Part shown: piece by piece, positions 48,301-58,016 of the stretch
Layout of the letters: every line of letters begins with the position of its first letter
How positions within the stretch are numbered: position 1 is the first letter of the stretch
NCBI RefSeq assembly: GCF_041642575.1
Contig: NZ_JBEPWD010000001.1
Location: 74,749 to 138,748, forward strand
Source: Salegentibacter sp.
GTDB lineage: Bacteria; Bacteroidota; Bacteroidia; Flavobacteriales; Flavobacteriaceae
DNA: 64,000 bases
Direction of reading: 5' to 3'
The notes under the pieces: generated by a model
The model's database searches: none
What the model was told of the DNA's origin: nothing
What the model saw: the letters and a program-made list of their open reading frames with translations, nothing else
Made by a program: the position numbers and the translations under genes

Positions 48301-48488
48301 TCTTCGATCTCTTCAGGAGCAGATCCGGGATAGTTCACACTAATATTTATGATTCTTGAATCTTCCAGAGGAAAGAAAGAGGAATTCAAACTGAAGATCC
48401 CAACCAAGCCAAAAATCGCAAAGGCGAGGATAACCACGTTAACGGCAACCTCGTACTTTATGAAGTAACTAATTAATTTTCTCACCAC
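45288..48488 (-). CDS. RND efflux permease (AcrB/AcrD/AcrF family)
   Basis: 1066 aa with 12-TM layout; GILVDDGIV and RFRAIFLTSVTT motifs. Confidence 0.95.
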   Translation of the reverse strand: MVRKLISYFIKYEVAVNVVILAFAIFGLVGIFSLNSSFFPLEDSRIINISVNYPGSAPEEIEEGIILKIEDNLKGLVGIDRVTSVARESGGSITVEIEQGENIDVMLTEVKNAVDRVPTFPGGMEPLVVSKQERVRPSISFAISGEDVPLVTLKRISEQIENDLRRIDGISQIEISGFPEEEIEIAVSQNDLLAYNLTFAEVARTVASANILSTGGTIKTDAEDYLIRANSRSYYADALNDLVVRSSESGQITRLSDVATVRDQFSETPNASFFNGNTAVNVSISNTNNEDLLSAASAIKKYVADYNSKSSNIQLDVVSDSSITLGQRTQLLLENGAVGILLVIFFLALFLNIRLAFWVAFGLPIAFLGMFIFAGQFGVTINVLSLFGMIIVIGILVDDGIVIGENIYQHYEMGKSPVQAALDGTMEVVPPIISAIITTILAFSAFLFLDSRIGEFFSEVSTVVILTLAVSLVEALIILPAHIAHSKALQRKTEEPGKKKTGFFSKMREINKIGDRIMRYNRDKFYSPVLRFVLRQQILSLGILASILILTIGAIGGNWIKVSLFPSVASDRVSIDLLMAEGVNPARTDSIITMVEEAAWRVNEDFTARQTDNISVIENIIKRVGPGNNKASLQVNLLPGEERDFSSPDITNAIREEVGPVFGVENLTFGSGGNFGGDPISVSLLGNNLDELEAAKEELKANFENNPLLKDVKDNDPKGIKEINIQLKDNAYALGLDLSEIMRQVRNGFFGTQAQRFQRGQDEIRVWVRYNRENRSSINDLDDMRITTTSGNRVPFNEIATYEIIRGTESISHLDGMREIRVSADMEDPNGSSTDILSDIRNNVMPDLLSKYPSLGVSYEGQNREANKLTNSAKGVLPVILFLIYATIAFTFRSYSQPFLLMLMIPFSIIGVAWGHWIHDFPVNVLSALGIIALIGIMVNDGLVLISKFNGNLRSGMKFEDALYEAGRARFRAIFLTSVTTIAGMAPLLLEKSRQAQFLKPMAISISYGIAIATVLTLLLLPLLLSISNNIKIGGKWLATGNRVSSEEVERAIKEQKEEHEHEERT

Positions 48489-49624
48489 TAAAGGGTTTTA
48501 GTTGTGTCTTCTTCCTGCTGAATCTGCACTACCTGCCCGGGATAAGCTCCGGGTACCGGGGCAGAGATCAGTTTGGTTCCATCCTCAAGCCCTTTGATCA
48601 CAACGCTTTTTGAAGCAAAATATACAGGTTCAACTTCCTGAAGGGCCAGAATACTGTCTCTTACCACATAAACTTTAGAACGATCTATTAAAAGTTCCCT
48701 GGGAATTTCTATAGCTTTCTCCTCTTCACGGGCATCCAAACTCGCTTCCAGATACATTCCTTCTTTAACTTCGGGATCTTCTACGCGAATAAAAACCTGA
48801 ATGGTTTGGGATTCTCTGTCTACCCTTGCATTTATTCGGCTAACGGTTCCGGTATAAGTCTGGGTTTTCTCCAGGTTCTGTAGCTTAACATCCTCTCCTT
48901 GTTCCAGGAGATCTGAAAATCTTTTTGGAACGGCTACCTCAAGTTCATAAACCGATGGATCTATAAACTCCCCTAATTTTTGTCCTGAACGAATGAGAGT
49001 TCCGGGGTTAACAGTAGCCTCGGTTAAAACTCCATCAAAAGGGGCACGCATAGTAAATTTAACTAAACGCTCTTCAAGATTCTTAATCTCGTAGTAAGCT
49101 GAAACAATGCCGCGACCGGTGATGAAGTACTTTTCCTTTTCAGAATCTAATTCAGGTAATGGCGGCACCGATTTATTAATGTCGAAATTACTTAAATAAG
49201 TTTGCCATTTTTCAAAAACTTCCGGATAATCCATCCTTAAGTCAGGCATTATAGATGTAATGGCGTTGTATAATTCATTCCGCGCAGAAAGGACTCCAGC
49301 GTAATATTCTTCAGAATCAATATCTAAAAGCACCTGCCCACGGGAATATTTTTGACCCGGTCTGAAGTCTTTACTACTTGACCGGAATACGCCTTGTACT
49401 TCAGCATAAAGTTCGAGTTTTTTCAGAGCAGTTACATTTCCGTTAGCGGGAATAATTATGGGTACCGGCCCATTTTTCACCGTACTAACAAATACATTTT
49501 TCACAGTTTTCCTTGCGGGGGGAACCTCCTGTACATTACTATCTATAATAGCTTTAGCTCCAAATACTGCCAGAATAATCAGCAATATCCCTAAAATCGA
49601 AAGAATAATTTTTCTTAAATCCAT
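48488..49624 (-). CDS. RND periplasmic adaptor (membrane fusion protein)
   Basis: N-terminal TM anchor, lipoyl-like halves (AEVQG; RAPFDGV). Confidence 0.92.
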   Translation of the reverse strand: MDLRKIILSILGILLIILAVFGAKAIIDSNVQEVPPARKTVKNVFVSTVKNGPVPIIIPANGNVTALKKLELYAEVQGVFRSSSKDFRPGQKYSRGQVLLDIDSEEYYAGVLSARNELYNAITSIMPDLRMDYPEVFEKWQTYLSNFDINKSVPPLPELDSEKEKYFITGRGIVSAYYEIKNLEERLVKFTMRAPFDGVLTEATVNPGTLIRSGQKLGEFIDPSVYELEVAVPKRFSDLLEQGEDVKLQNLEKTQTYTGTVSRINARVDRESQTIQVFIRVEDPEVKEGMYLEASLDAREEEKAIEIPRELLIDRSKVYVVRDSILALQEVEPVYFASKSVVIKGLEDGTKLISAPVPGAYPGQVVQIQQEEDTTKTL

Positions 49625-49675
49625 ACGGCGGTTAGACTTACAAAGCCTTAGATAGTTTAATAAACAATTTATAAA

Positions 49676-51595
49676 TTATGCATAACGATCCAGTTTTTCC
49701 TGTAGCTCTTCCCATTTTTGCATCTGTTCTTCCAGTTCCTTCTTCGTCTTATTATACTTTTCAAGGAAATCTGGTTTGGCCATTACCTCTTCATAATTTG
49801 TGGCAAGCTCAGCATCCTTTTCCTTGATCTCTTTCTCCAGTTTTCCGATCCTGGATTCGGTATTACTGAGTTTATTCTGAAGGGATTTTAATTTCTTCTG
49901 ATCCTTGTAAGATTGCTTTCCTTCATCCGGCTGATTGCTCTTTGCTACCCGTGCAACTTCATCTTTTTTCTCTATAGCACGCATATTTTCGACCTGTCTC
50001 TGATTCAGGTAAAAGTCGATATCGCCAAGATATTCCTTTATTTTCCTGTTTTTGAATTCATAGACTGTCTTTGAAAGTCCCTGGAGAAAATCCCTGTCGT
50101 GAGAAACAAGGATCAAGGTGCCTTCAAAACTCTTTAAAGCCTGCTTTAATACATTTTTAGATTTGATGTCAAGGTGGTTGGTAGGCTCATCCATTACCAG
50201 CACGTTGAAGGGTTGAAGCAATAATTTTGCAAGCGCCAGGCGGTTGCGCTCCCCTCCCGAAAGGACCTTTACTTTTTTATCTACTTCCTCTCCTCTGAAT
50301 AAAAAGGAACCAAGAATATCTCTAACCTTGCTTCGGTTTTTTTCATTTGCCGCATCGATCATGGTATCATGTACGGTTTTCTCTCCATCCAGGTATTCGG
50401 CCTGGTTCTGGGCAAAGTACCCAATCTGTACATTATGCCCTAATTTTAATTTTCCAGTATGAGGGATTTCATTCACGATGATCTTTGCCAGGGTGGTTTT
50501 ACCCTGGCCGTTTTGTCCTACAAAAGCTATTTTGCTACCGCGCTCTATGAGCAGGTTAATATCTTCTAAGACCTGGTTTTCGCCGTAAGCTTTTCCAACA
50601 TGTTCAGCCTCAATAACCACCTTTCCTGGTTGCACTGAAACCGGGAAATTAATACTCATTACAGCATTATCATCTTCATCTACTTCAATACGATCTAATT
50701 TATCCAGCTTTTTGACGAGCGATTGGGCCATAGAGGCTTTTGATGCCTTCGCTTTGAATTTCTCTATAAGCTTTTCATTTCGCTCAATTTCTTTTTGCTG
50801 ATTTTTCTGGGCAGCCAGCTGTTGCTCCCTGAGTTCATTGCGAAGCTCAAGGTATTGTGAATATGGTTTCTTGAAATCATAGATCTTTCCCAGTGAAATT
50901 TCAATGGTTCGGTTGGTTACATTATCCAGAAACATCTTATCGTGTGATACAATTACCACACATCCCGGATAATTGTTAAGAAAGCTTTCCAACCAGATAA
51001 TACTTTCAATATCGAGGTGGTTGGTAGGCTCATCCAGCAATAAAATATCATTATTCTGAAGCAGGATCTTTGCCAGTTCTATTCTCATTCTCCACCCTCC
51101 GGAAAAAGTATCGGTAATCTTATCAAATTGATCCCGGCTAAAACCAAGTCCCAACAGTACCTTTTCAGTATCTCCCTGATAGTTGTATCCTCCAATGATC
51201 TCATACTGATGAGTAACTTCGCTTAACTCCTGAATGAGATCTGAATAAGAATCGCTCTCATAATCGGTCCTTGTAGCAAGTTGGTTATTGATGTGATCTA
51301 TTTTTTTCTCAAGAGCCTTGATCTCCACAAAAGCCTGCTGGGCTTCCTCCACTACAGTTCTACCCTGAACAAAGTCTATATCCTGTTTTAAAAAGCCTAT
51401 TTTGAGCTCTTTATCCTTTGCTATCTGCCCGCCGTCATATTCCTGTTCTCCTGCCAGGATCTTCAGCATCGTAGATTTCCCGGCACCGTTTTTTCCAATC
51501 AGACCAACGCGATCACCGCCGTTTAATCTAAAGGTTACTTCTTCGAAAAGGTACTCGCCGCCAAAGGAAACGGACAGATTATGAATATTAAGCAT
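49676..51595 (-). CDS. ABC-F family ATP-binding protein
   Basis: Two ABC domains (GKNGAGKS, GQNGQGKT, FSGG/LSGG, DEPTNHLD twice), no TM segments, C-terminal coiled coil. Confidence 0.95.
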   Translation of the reverse strand: MLNIHNLSVSFGGEYLFEEVTFRLNGGDRVGLIGKNGAGKSTMLKILAGEQEYDGGQIAKDKELKIGFLKQDIDFVQGRTVVEEAQQAFVEIKALEKKIDHINNQLATRTDYESDSYSDLIQELSEVTHQYEIIGGYNYQGDTEKVLLGLGFSRDQFDKITDTFSGGWRMRIELAKILLQNNDILLLDEPTNHLDIESIIWLESFLNNYPGCVVIVSHDKMFLDNVTNRTIEISLGKIYDFKKPYSQYLELRNELREQQLAAQKNQQKEIERNEKLIEKFKAKASKASMAQSLVKKLDKLDRIEVDEDDNAVMSINFPVSVQPGKVVIEAEHVGKAYGENQVLEDINLLIERGSKIAFVGQNGQGKTTLAKIIVNEIPHTGKLKLGHNVQIGYFAQNQAEYLDGEKTVHDTMIDAANEKNRSKVRDILGSFLFRGEEVDKKVKVLSGGERNRLALAKLLLQPFNVLVMDEPTNHLDIKSKNVLKQALKSFEGTLILVSHDRDFLQGLSKTVYEFKNRKIKEYLGDIDFYLNQRQVENMRAIEKKDEVARVAKSNQPDEGKQSYKDQKKLKSLQNKLSNTESRIGKLEKEIKEKDAELATNYEEVMAKPDFLEKYNKTKKELEEQMQKWEELQEKLDRYA

Positions 51596-51748
51596 TTATG
51601 ATTTTTATTTTTGCAAATATGCCTAAATTTACCTTGCAAAAAAAACGAGATGAATCCAGCATGCTGCTGGACCCAAAATTGGCAGCACACAGGAATATGA
51701 TTATAAGCCTGTGCCTAATTCCTCATTTGGGAAAAAAATTACAAACAC

Positions 51749-52147
51749 ATGAAATTCCTTAAAGGCAAAAAGTTATATAGTATTTTATTTGGTGTTTGCC
51801 CCGTTTGTCACGAGGAAAGTATGTACAAAGAAAACAACCCATACATACTAAACCGTATTTTTGAGATGCATGAACGCTGTTCCAACTGCGGCACAAAATA
51901 TAAGATAGAGCCTTCATTTTTTTATGGTGCCATGTACGTAAGTTATGCGGTAGGAATTGCTTTTGCAGTGGCTGCATTTATCATTTCCCACATTTTTTTT
52001 GATGCCGGACTCCTGGTCTCATTTTGGGCAATCATTGGAACACTGGTGGTTTTTATGCCGGTGATAATGCGTCTTTCCAGAAATATCTGGATCAATTTCT
52101 TTATGAATTATAAAAAAGACGCAGGTAAAACACATCAGACTGAATAA
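51749..52147 (+). CDS. DUF983 protein (Zn-ribbon plus two TM helices)
   Basis: CPVC...CSNCG, EPSFFYGAMYVSY, RLSRNIW motifs. Confidence 0.85.
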   Translation: MKFLKGKKLYSILFGVCPVCHEESMYKENNPYILNRIFEMHERCSNCGTKYKIEPSFFYGAMYVSYAVGIAFAVAAFIISHIFFDAGLLVSFWAIIGTLVVFMPVIMRLSRNIWINFFMNYKKDAGKTHQTE

Positions 52148-53190
52148 TGCTTTTTTGTGAATCGGGCCAAATCAAATTCTCCCGGTAGTGCTTTTCCTTT
52201 TTCCATTAGGTGAAGCATTTCTTCTGAAAGCATTGGGGCTATAAGCATCCCCCTGCTTCCAAAACCATTGCAACAATACAAATTCTTATACTCAGGGTGC
52301 TGTCCCGCAAGTGGTCTACGGTCCTTACTCGCGGGTCTTATTCCCGCAACCTGGTCTACCACATCAAATTTGCAATTAAATAGTGCGGTAATTTTCCGGG
52401 TTAATTCCTCTCTTGCACTTTCAGTAGTTTCAGGAGTGTTATCGCCATTATTATAGGTCGCTCCAACCCGGTAGAGATTATTCCCCATTGGAATAATAAA
52501 TACTGAGGATTTTACAATTTCCTGCATTTGAAGTTCTTCTGAATAAATTATAATGTATTCTCCCTTATTGCCATTTAATGGAAGATAATTAAAATAGGGG
52601 TTCTTTTTTAAACCGAAACCTTCGCAGAAAATTATATTCCTGGCCTTTAAACCATTGTAATCCACATGGTCTTCTTCAATTTTTAAGGCCTGATGGTCAA
52701 AATTCTCAAAACTTATCACATTTTGCTTTTTCAGATGATTTCCGTATTCTGATATCATTAATTCTGTATCGACCGTTCCTGTATGCAGAACTTCCCCGAA
52801 TCCAAAATCAGATTCAATACAGGGATTTAATTTCTGTTTAAGATCAGTGTTCAGGAATTTTGAAAGCACAGGCTTATCGGCGGCAGAAAACCAGTTGTTC
52901 TGTTCTTCGGCTGAATTGAATCTTCTGTAAATCTTCCGGGGATAAAACAATCTAACCTGAAGTTTTTCCTCGATTTTCCTGTAGAATGGAATTGCAATTT
53001 CAAGTTGCTTATCGGCCTGCCAGGCCAGAGTAAATCGTTTCAGAATAACCGGATTAATTAGCCCGGCTGCTACCACAGAGGCTTGTTGAGTACCCCCTTC
53101 GAATACCTTATAGCTTAATCCGTTTTCCTCAAGTCGCTCACAGAGAGAAATCCCACTCAGCCCTAAACCAACAATTATATAGTCTAACAT
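52135..53190 (-). CDS. FAD-dependent oxidoreductase (DAO/MnmC-C-terminal-like)
   Basis: IVGLGLSG, ASVVAAG, VGATY, GIRPASKDRRP, NGFGSRG motifs. Confidence 0.88.
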   Translation of the reverse strand: MLDYIIVGLGLSGISLCERLEENGLSYKVFEGGTQQASVVAAGLINPVILKRFTLAWQADKQLEIAIPFYRKIEEKLQVRLFYPRKIYRRFNSAEEQNNWFSAADKPVLSKFLNTDLKQKLNPCIESDFGFGEVLHTGTVDTELMISEYGNHLKKQNVISFENFDHQALKIEEDHVDYNGLKARNIIFCEGFGLKKNPYFNYLPLNGNKGEYIIIYSEELQMQEIVKSSVFIIPMGNNLYRVGATYNNGDNTPETTESAREELTRKITALFNCKFDVVDQVAGIRPASKDRRPLAGQHPEYKNLYCCNGFGSRGMLIAPMLSEEMLHLMEKGKALPGEFDLARFTKKHYSV

Positions 53191-53244
53191 AGCTTAAAAA
53201 TAAAACTTCTCAGGGAAACTCCGAAACTTAATATTTATCCCAAT

Positions 53245-53277
53245 AAAAAAAGCGTCCGTAAAAAGGACGCTTTTTTT
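53245..53277. terminator. Terminator after gldN
   Basis: AAAAAAAGCGTCC/GGACGCTTTTTTT. Confidence 0.88.
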
Positions 53278-53296
53278 ATATTGATAAGGAACTTCA

Positions 53297-54193
53297 TTAG
53301 TAGTTCCACATATCCTGCTCGAAATTCCGAATTTGTTCTTTTATACGTTCAGATTCCAGAAGCTGCATGAAGGCATTATCTACAATATAATCGTTAATTT
53401 GCCTGTCTCCCTGGACGTTCTCTTCCTGATAAATAATCCCGTTAAACCGCCTTGCATTAAGCAAATGATCAAAGCTTAAACTTTGTGAGCTGTTACCTCC
53501 GCTAAACGCCTGGTGTTCGTGTAGCAGTTCACGGGCATCAGGGAACCAAACCCAGAAAAGCTCAACAAGGTCAGTTTGGCCTGAATCGATGAAGTTTACA
53601 TCTGGCGCAACCGGTGCAATTCCGAGTAAACGATACTTTAATTCAGCCTGACGCTTATCGAAATACCACATCCCACGGATATGATATTCAGCAATATCAG
53701 CAGCGGTAAGATCACGTCTATCTATAAACTGTTCGTCTACCTGTTCACCGGCATTATATTGTTCAATACCGAGATCAGTAGTGTCAACCTTAGAAAGAGT
53801 TGCCTCAATGTCCTTAAGTGAGCGTTTTTCGGTAAAATAAGAATCGGCATATATATTTTCAATTGTACCATCCTTTATACCTTTCATCAAAACATCGTAA
53901 AGAGCTCGACGATTTCCACCAATATTATTAGTGTCTATTGGGTAAAACAATGGGAAGTTTACCCGCTCATCAAGATCAATGATCTCCCATACATTTTTAG
54001 ACCAAAGTACATCTCTGTCTTCAATATAGCCATATTCCAGGGGTTCATCATTAAGATCGCTTAAAAGCTGAGCTTCGGTTGGTTCACCGATCTCATCAGG
54101 GCTTTTAGCGTTCAGAATGTTTGTTTGCCCAAAGGAAACTGTGGTGAAAAACACCAGTGTTATAGCAAATAATCCTCTCCAGCTCATGGTCAT
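53297..54193 (-). CDS. gldN: Gliding motility / T9SS protein GldN (PorN)
   Basis: DVLWSKNVWEIIDLDERVNFPLFYP and YFDKRQAELKYRLLGIAP motifs; position in gldKLMN. Confidence 0.96.
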   Translation of the reverse strand: MTMSWRGLFAITLVFFTTVSFGQTNILNAKSPDEIGEPTEAQLLSDLNDEPLEYGYIEDRDVLWSKNVWEIIDLDERVNFPLFYPIDTNNIGGNRRALYDVLMKGIKDGTIENIYADSYFTEKRSLKDIEATLSKVDTTDLGIEQYNAGEQVDEQFIDRRDLTAADIAEYHIRGMWYFDKRQAELKYRLLGIAPVAPDVNFIDSGQTDLVELFWVWFPDARELLHEHQAFSGGNSSQSLSFDHLLNARRFNGIIYQEENVQGDRQINDYIVDNAFMQLLESERIKEQIRNFEQDMWNY

Positions 54194-54201
54194 AATTTTT
54201 A

Positions 54202-55764
54202 TTAATTAGTAAGCTCAATTACTACAGGAGCTACTTTCTTCAGCATATATCCGGAATTATTAGATAAACGCGCATTGATATCAAATATTGTGACGTTCTC
54301 TCCTCTTCCTGCACGTCTCAAGGCAGCTTTTGCTCTGTCATCAAGACGACTTCCATTAACCTGGATAGTTGGTTGTCCAGGAACTTTAAAGCTGAATCCG
54401 GAAACATTTAGATCGATGTCAAAGTCAAAATCAGGTAAAGCGGCTCCAATGCTGGACACTTCAAGACTGTTACGTTGCATCTTTACTGCGCCGTCTTCAC
54501 CACGCACTGTACCAACAGGACGAGGAATATCTTTTATTCTAAAAGTCGAACTTGAAGGATAGCTTTCCCCATCTATAGTTCCCGTAACATTAATCTTAAC
54601 CTCTCTTGCCTGAAGACTGGTAACATCCATCATATAGCTGCTTCCTGAAGTCTTTCTTAAACCTGGAGCTGATGCACTCACGTTATTATCCGGCACTCCA
54701 GCCATAGAAATGGTAAGCGGGTTCTGTACCCCACGATAAAGAACATTCATCTTGTCAGCAGATATTGTAGCCGCATTAGGTTTTGGAATTACAGAAAACT
54801 CCTGCTCTACAGGAACAACAGTTTCTTCTCCGCCTTCCACAAAAATAAGACTCCCTTCAAGTTTATGTTGCCCGGCACTTCCTGCATCCACATTTAACAC
54901 TACCCTACCATCTTCGATGGTATAGTCAGATTCGCTTAATTCACGTCCATCAAGGCTTAATTCAACCCTGTTAGGTTTGGTGGTAGCATCTTTTCTTCCC
55001 AGTACAATAGAGCCATCAAAAGTTTCTCCCTGGTAATAAGCAGACCTTGGAGTCTCAAGCAAAGTCGTATAGTTGGTCATTGCGACCTCACTCTGTAACT
55101 GCCCGGACAACATAGCCGAAAGAATATCATTCTCGGTTGTTTTAATATCAGATTGGGTTTGCGTCATCTTGGTTAAAGAAGCGATCAAAGGATAACCCTG
55201 GTAATGATACATTAGCCATGGTTGAGTTACGTTCTCTCTATTGGTTACTTCCTCAGTAGAAAATTCCTCAGCAACCTCTTCAGCAATTTGTTGATAATCA
55301 TCTCCTATTATTTCGATTACTCCTTCACGGTAGACTCTTATCTGCTCCAGGAACTCTTCTCCCTTAGGACTAACCCTTCCACTGGCAAAGAACATATTGT
55401 CCAGTTTATCTGACCTGTCCATAGCCTCATAATTGCTTTTCCCTTCTTCATCATATTCTGCCAGCAATTCGTTCTTTATGCCTTCGATATAATCATTAAG
55501 GTTTTGCGAGAGTTCGTGAACTCTTTCAGCATCTTCTTTAATCTCTACGTATTTTTCAGGTTGCTCATCGACTTTGGCGTCAAGGCCTGCCATAAAAGCA
55601 TTGTTACGTTCAGTGGTAGATATATTTGATGCATTTAATTTTTCGTTCATAAGTCCGAAGGCCGTAAGAACCTCCTTAGACATATTTAATGCCATCATCG
55701 CGATGAAAACCAGATACATTAGGTTAATCATCTTTTGTCTTGGTGTTTGTCTTCCAGACGCCAT
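54202..55764 (-). CDS. gldM: Gliding motility / T9SS motor protein GldM (PorM)
   Basis: TPRQKMINLMYLVFIAMMALN N-terminus. Confidence 0.97.
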   Translation of the reverse strand: MASGRQTPRQKMINLMYLVFIAMMALNMSKEVLTAFGLMNEKLNASNISTTERNNAFMAGLDAKVDEQPEKYVEIKEDAERVHELSQNLNDYIEGIKNELLAEYDEEGKSNYEAMDRSDKLDNMFFASGRVSPKGEEFLEQIRVYREGVIEIIGDDYQQIAEEVAEEFSTEEVTNRENVTQPWLMYHYQGYPLIASLTKMTQTQSDIKTTENDILSAMLSGQLQSEVAMTNYTTLLETPRSAYYQGETFDGSIVLGRKDATTKPNRVELSLDGRELSESDYTIEDGRVVLNVDAGSAGQHKLEGSLIFVEGGEETVVPVEQEFSVIPKPNAATISADKMNVLYRGVQNPLTISMAGVPDNNVSASAPGLRKTSGSSYMMDVTSLQAREVKINVTGTIDGESYPSSSTFRIKDIPRPVGTVRGEDGAVKMQRNSLEVSSIGAALPDFDFDIDLNVSGFSFKVPGQPTIQVNGSRLDDRAKAALRRAGRGENVTIFDINARLSNNSGYMLKKVAPVVIELTN

Positions 55765-55819
55765 GTGCTAATTAGTTTTGTTGTTTAAAATTTCGGATAA
55801 CTCGTTGGGTTTAATTAAA

Positions 55820-56479
55820 CTAATTAGTGGTCACCCTACCATTCATAGCTGTAAGCATTCCACCGTAAACTCCGTTAAGAGAAGACAGGTTGGTTGCCAG
55901 CGAATCCATTTGATCTTTTAGCCTACCAGCGTTTTCTGCAACTTCCTGGTTGATCTCAGCCTGTCGTGAGGCCGATTCAACCTGCACTTTATAAATATTG
56001 TTTAAAGTTTCCATTTGAGCGGCAGCCATGGTAAGCTCTTCACTGTATTTTTTCTGTGAAGCCATACCATCCACTGTAGGAGCAATTCCTTTAGCTGCTC
56101 CTTCAAAGTTTCGAATACTTTCTCCGAGGCTACTCATCAGATTTGCATCTATTTTAGCATCCCGAAGCATTTCATCAAGCTTTTTAGATAAAAGGCCTTC
56201 TGCTTCTTTCTCTTCTTCAACAACCATGGATTGCTTTCTATTATCGGCGGCAGTTGCTCCTGCCAATTCAGGATAAACTAAAGACCAGTCAAGATCATCG
56301 TCTACCGGTTCAAATGCTGAATATGCAAAAACCAGAGCTTCAACAATAAGTCCTGCAATAAGCATAGGGTTACCACCAGGCCAGTGCATTAATTTAAAAA
56401 GCGCTCCTAATATTACAATAGATGCACCTAAACCGTACACCATATTGGTTATTTTTTTTGAGGATCTTGAATTTGCCAT
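55820..56479 (-). CDS. gldL: Gliding motility / T9SS motor protein GldL (PorL)
   Basis: YGLGASIVILGALFK, EALVF...DWSLVYPEL, LNGVYGGML motifs. Confidence 0.97.
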   Translation of the reverse strand: MANSRSSKKITNMVYGLGASIVILGALFKLMHWPGGNPMLIAGLIVEALVFAYSAFEPVDDDLDWSLVYPELAGATAADNRKQSMVVEEEKEAEGLLSKKLDEMLRDAKIDANLMSSLGESIRNFEGAAKGIAPTVDGMASQKKYSEELTMAAAQMETLNNIYKVQVESASRQAEINQEVAENAGRLKDQMDSLATNLSSLNGVYGGMLTAMNGRVTTN

Positions 56480-56531
56480 AATTAAGAGGGATTTAGATTT
56501 TCTTTATTTTAAAATAGGTTATAGTTCCGGG

Positions 56532-57899
56532 TTAATTAGTGTTGGGTTGGTTGAGGGTAACATCTGTACCTAAATAATCCTGTACAGTTCTGAAGCCAAT
56601 ATAACTTCTTGCAGAATCTGCATATTCATAATCCCTGGAGCTAACTTGCAGGAAGTATGCAACATCTTTCCAGGATCCTCCGCGCACCACTTTGCGCATG
56701 TCTTCTTCGTTATTAACGGTAGGGTTCATTGAAGACATATATTGATAGGATGCAGGATCATAAGAGGAGTTCACCCATTCTGATACGTTCCCTGCCATAT
56801 TATACAACCCGTAGTCATTAGGGTCGTAAGATTTAGCCTCTACGGTATAAAGCGCCTGATCTGCGGCGTAATCGCCCCGCAAAGGCTTAAAGTTTGCCAT
56901 AAAACATCCGCGGTCATTCTTTGCGTAAGGACCACCCCATGGGTATGTTGCTCCTTCTAGGCCGCCCCGGGCTGCATATTCCCATTCCGCCTCAGTTGGC
57001 AGTCTATATAAGGGCACATTGTGGTCTCCTTTAGATCGCCTGTAGGCATTATGGTAAAAAGTTCTCCACTGGGTGAAGGCTTTGGCCTGTTTCCAGGAAA
57101 CTCCTACCACGGGATATTCATCAAAAGCACTATGCCAGAAATAATCATTATGCATAGGCTCGTTATAGGAATAGTTAAAGTCTTTTATCCAGACAGTAGT
57201 ATCAGGATAGATGGCAATTTCTTCGCTTTGAATAAAATCACTTCTGTTCCCTTCAGTTCTTGCCGCCTGCTCAATATTCATATAGGAATATTTGAACTTA
57301 AGTTTTTTAACATCAATTGTACGCTGGCCATTGTATACTTCCTCCATCGGAATATACATAGTATCCATCACCTCGGCATAATAAACATCAGGATAATCTT
57401 CGGTATCCCAGATTATATCCACATCCTTATTAAGTTTTCGATTTTCATAATCATCGGTAGGGCCACCTGTACCATAGGAATTAAGCATATATTCCTCGTA
57501 GGGGCTAAGGTCATCGGTATCTGCATCTGCAAAAGCATATTCCCCAATTCCGTCATTCCCGGGAGTTTCTCCCATTTCTTCAGCCATTATTGCTAAACGA
57601 ACCCTAACGATTGAATCTTTTACATAATCTACAAATTGGCGGTATTCCGCATTAGTGATTTCGGTTTCATCCATATAGAATGACCGAACGGTCACAGTTT
57701 TTGGAGGTGCGTTCTTTTGGTCTGCGATATCATCATCAGATTTCCCCATGATAAAAGCTCCACCTGGGATTAATGTCATACCGTAAGGTTTCTCCGGATT
57801 CCATTTTTTCCCTTTCGCACCCACCAGCTGCCCACGGTCTCCCCGGCCACAACTAAAAAGCAAGGCAAGAACAGCAATTAGCGAAATAAACTTCTTCAT
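56532..57899 (-). CDS. gldK: Gliding motility / T9SS lipoprotein GldK (PorK)
   Basis: Lipobox LFSC, FYMDETEITN, RLPTEAEWEYAARGG (FGE-sulfatase fold). Confidence 0.97.
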   Translation of the reverse strand: MKKFISLIAVLALLFSCGRGDRGQLVGAKGKKWNPEKPYGMTLIPGGAFIMGKSDDDIADQKNAPPKTVTVRSFYMDETEITNAEYRQFVDYVKDSIVRVRLAIMAEEMGETPGNDGIGEYAFADADTDDLSPYEEYMLNSYGTGGPTDDYENRKLNKDVDIIWDTEDYPDVYYAEVMDTMYIPMEEVYNGQRTIDVKKLKFKYSYMNIEQAARTEGNRSDFIQSEEIAIYPDTTVWIKDFNYSYNEPMHNDYFWHSAFDEYPVVGVSWKQAKAFTQWRTFYHNAYRRSKGDHNVPLYRLPTEAEWEYAARGGLEGATYPWGGPYAKNDRGCFMANFKPLRGDYAADQALYTVEAKSYDPNDYGLYNMAGNVSEWVNSSYDPASYQYMSSMNPTVNNEEDMRKVVRGGSWKDVAYFLQVSSRDYEYADSARSYIGFRTVQDYLGTDVTLNQPNTN

Positions 57900-58016
57900 A
57901 ATTTCTCTTAAGGTTAAGACATATTGCTTTTACGGCAGTAAACCTATCTATTTATTTTTTAAAAAACAATAATTTCGGTAAAAATACAGTAAATACAATT
58001 AGTGTCTGAAATTTGT

